From an uncultured archaeon (GTDB lineage Archaea > Thermoproteota > Bathyarchaeia > Bathyarchaeales > Bathycorpusculaceae), in assembly GCA_963782915.1 (NCBI GenBank), contig CAWALK010000020.1, forward strand, positions 64,001 through 128,000: 64,000 bases of DNA, written 5' to 3'. Below the pieces are notes generated by a model. That model ran no database searches. It had not been told where the DNA came from and saw only the letters and a program-made list of their open reading frames with translations. Every line of letters starts with the position of its first letter. Within the stretch, counting starts at the first letter, position 1. Shown here piece by piece: positions 62,841 to 64,000 of the stretch. The translations under genes and the position numbers were made by a program.

Positions 62841-64000
62841 CTATTCTCCTCCCATACCGCCAGGCATTCCGCCGCCTGGACCGCCTCTTGGAGCTTTGGC
62901 TGTTATGATGTCGTCTACACGCAGTATCATAGCGGCTGATTCGGCTGCTGATTTGATTGCTTGCTCTTTAACCACTATTGGTTCGACAACGCCGTTTTCA
63001 ATGCTGTTTTGCAGTTTGCCTGTGAATACGTTGATGCCCATGTATTTGCCGTCTTCTTTATCGTGCACTTGACGTAGCTCTATGAGTATGTCGATTGGTT
63101 CTAAGCCTCCGTTCTCTGCAAGGGTGCGTGGGATGACTTCTACTGCGTCTGCGAAAGCTTCTATTGCGAGTTGCTGTCTTCCGCCAACTTTGGTTGAGTA
63201 GTTGCGTAGTCCTTTTGCGATTTCGATTTCGATTGCTCCGCCGCCGGCAACGATTTTGTTGTTTTCTGTAACATCTGAAATTACGGATAATGCGTCGATG
63301 ATTACTCTTTCGGCTTCATCAACCATTCTTTCAAGCCCTGCACGAATGAGGATTGCAACTGAATGTGGGTCTTTGCATTTTTCGACGAAGATCATTTTGT
63401 CGTCGCCAATTTTGCGTTCCTCCACTAAGCCTGCAAAGCCCAAGTCCGAGGTTTTTAACTCGTTTAAGTTGGAGCTTATTCGTCCGCCTGTTGCTCTTGC
63501 GAGTTTTTCCATGTCTGACTCTTTGACGCGTCTAGCGGCTATTATGCCCTCTTGAGATAGGTAATGTTGAACCATATCGTCTATGCCCTTTTGGCAGAAG
63601 ACAATATCTGCGCCTGACGCTTTGATCTTAGTTACCATTTCTTTTAGTGACCTGTCTTCTTGGTCTAGGAAGGCTTTCATCTGGTTGGGTTCATGTATGC
63701 GGATTTCCGCGGTTATCTCAGTTTTTTCTGTTTCAAGCGCCATATCTAAAAGTGCGATTTTTGCGTTCTCTTTCTTTCTGGGCATGCCTGGATTGACGAT
63801 TTCTTTGTCTACAATTATACCTCTGATCAGTTGGGTTTCGATGAGGCTTTTTCCCGTTTTCTTTACCAGTTGAATGTTATCTATATCCGCTATAATCTTG
63901 TCCGCATGCTTCTCGGTTACCTGCTTTACCGCTTCTATGGCGATTTCTGCAAAGTGCTCTTTAGCACCACCCACCGCTTTGCTGCCCATGGATGTTAAAG
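62841..64000 (-). CDS. Thermosome (group II chaperonin) subunit, 5' truncated by window edge
   Basis: Motifs GIIVDKE, QKGIDD, VAGGGAIE, IPRTLAENGG and ILRVDD; GGM tail. Confidence 0.96.
   Translation of the reverse strand, partial: LTSMGSKAVGGAKEHFAEIAIEAVKQVTEKHADKIIADIDNIQLVKKTGKSLIETQLIRGIIVDKEIVNPGMPRKKENAKIALLDMALETEKTEITAEIRIHEPNQMKAFLDQEDRSLKEMVTKIKASGADIVFCQKGIDDMVQHYLSQEGIIAARRVKESDMEKLARATGGRISSNLNELKTSDLGFAGLVEERKIGDDKMIFVEKCKDPHSVAILIRAGLERMVDEAERVIIDALSVISDVTENNKIVAGGGAIEIEIAKGLRNYSTKVGGRQQLAIEAFADAVEVIPRTLAENGGLEPIDILIELRQVHDKEDGKYMGINVFTGKLQNSIENGVVEPIVVKEQAIKSAAESAAMILRVDDIITAKAPRGGPGGGMPGGMGGE

Overview
Archaeal chromosomal segment, most likely Bathyarchaeia/TACK. This is inferred from gene content: Alba, thermosome, proteasome beta, Pth2, LysW pathway, archaeal prepilins and an eL22-like protein. 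Many conserved genes are split by single-base indels, which looks like uncorrected long-read assembly error rather than biology. Housekeeping content includes psmB, ogt, nadM, truD, pth2, a GGR, tRNA-Ala(UGC), Mrp/NBP35, rpiA, kdpABC, a LysW operon (lysM-lysWXYZJK), two Alba paralogs and a thermosome subunit. Five observations stand out. (1) A tightly coupled operon pairs an RRE/PqqD-like radical SAM-SPASM enzyme with a DUF2207-like membrane protein ending in a 10-Cys (Cys-Ala)n-GGGGH tail, a candidate protein-modification system. (2) In a type IV pilus locus, the largest prepilin-like subunit carries the motifs of a Cys-Gln thioester (TED) covalent adhesin domain between Ig-like repeats. (3) Two families of dispersed intergenic repeats recur across the window. 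(4) An exact 20-bp tRNA-Ala fragment sits beside a VapBC module. (5) There are also a Dna2/RecB-like nuclease-helicase and several unannotated micro-ORFs. All family assignments come from motif recognition by eye; no searches were run.
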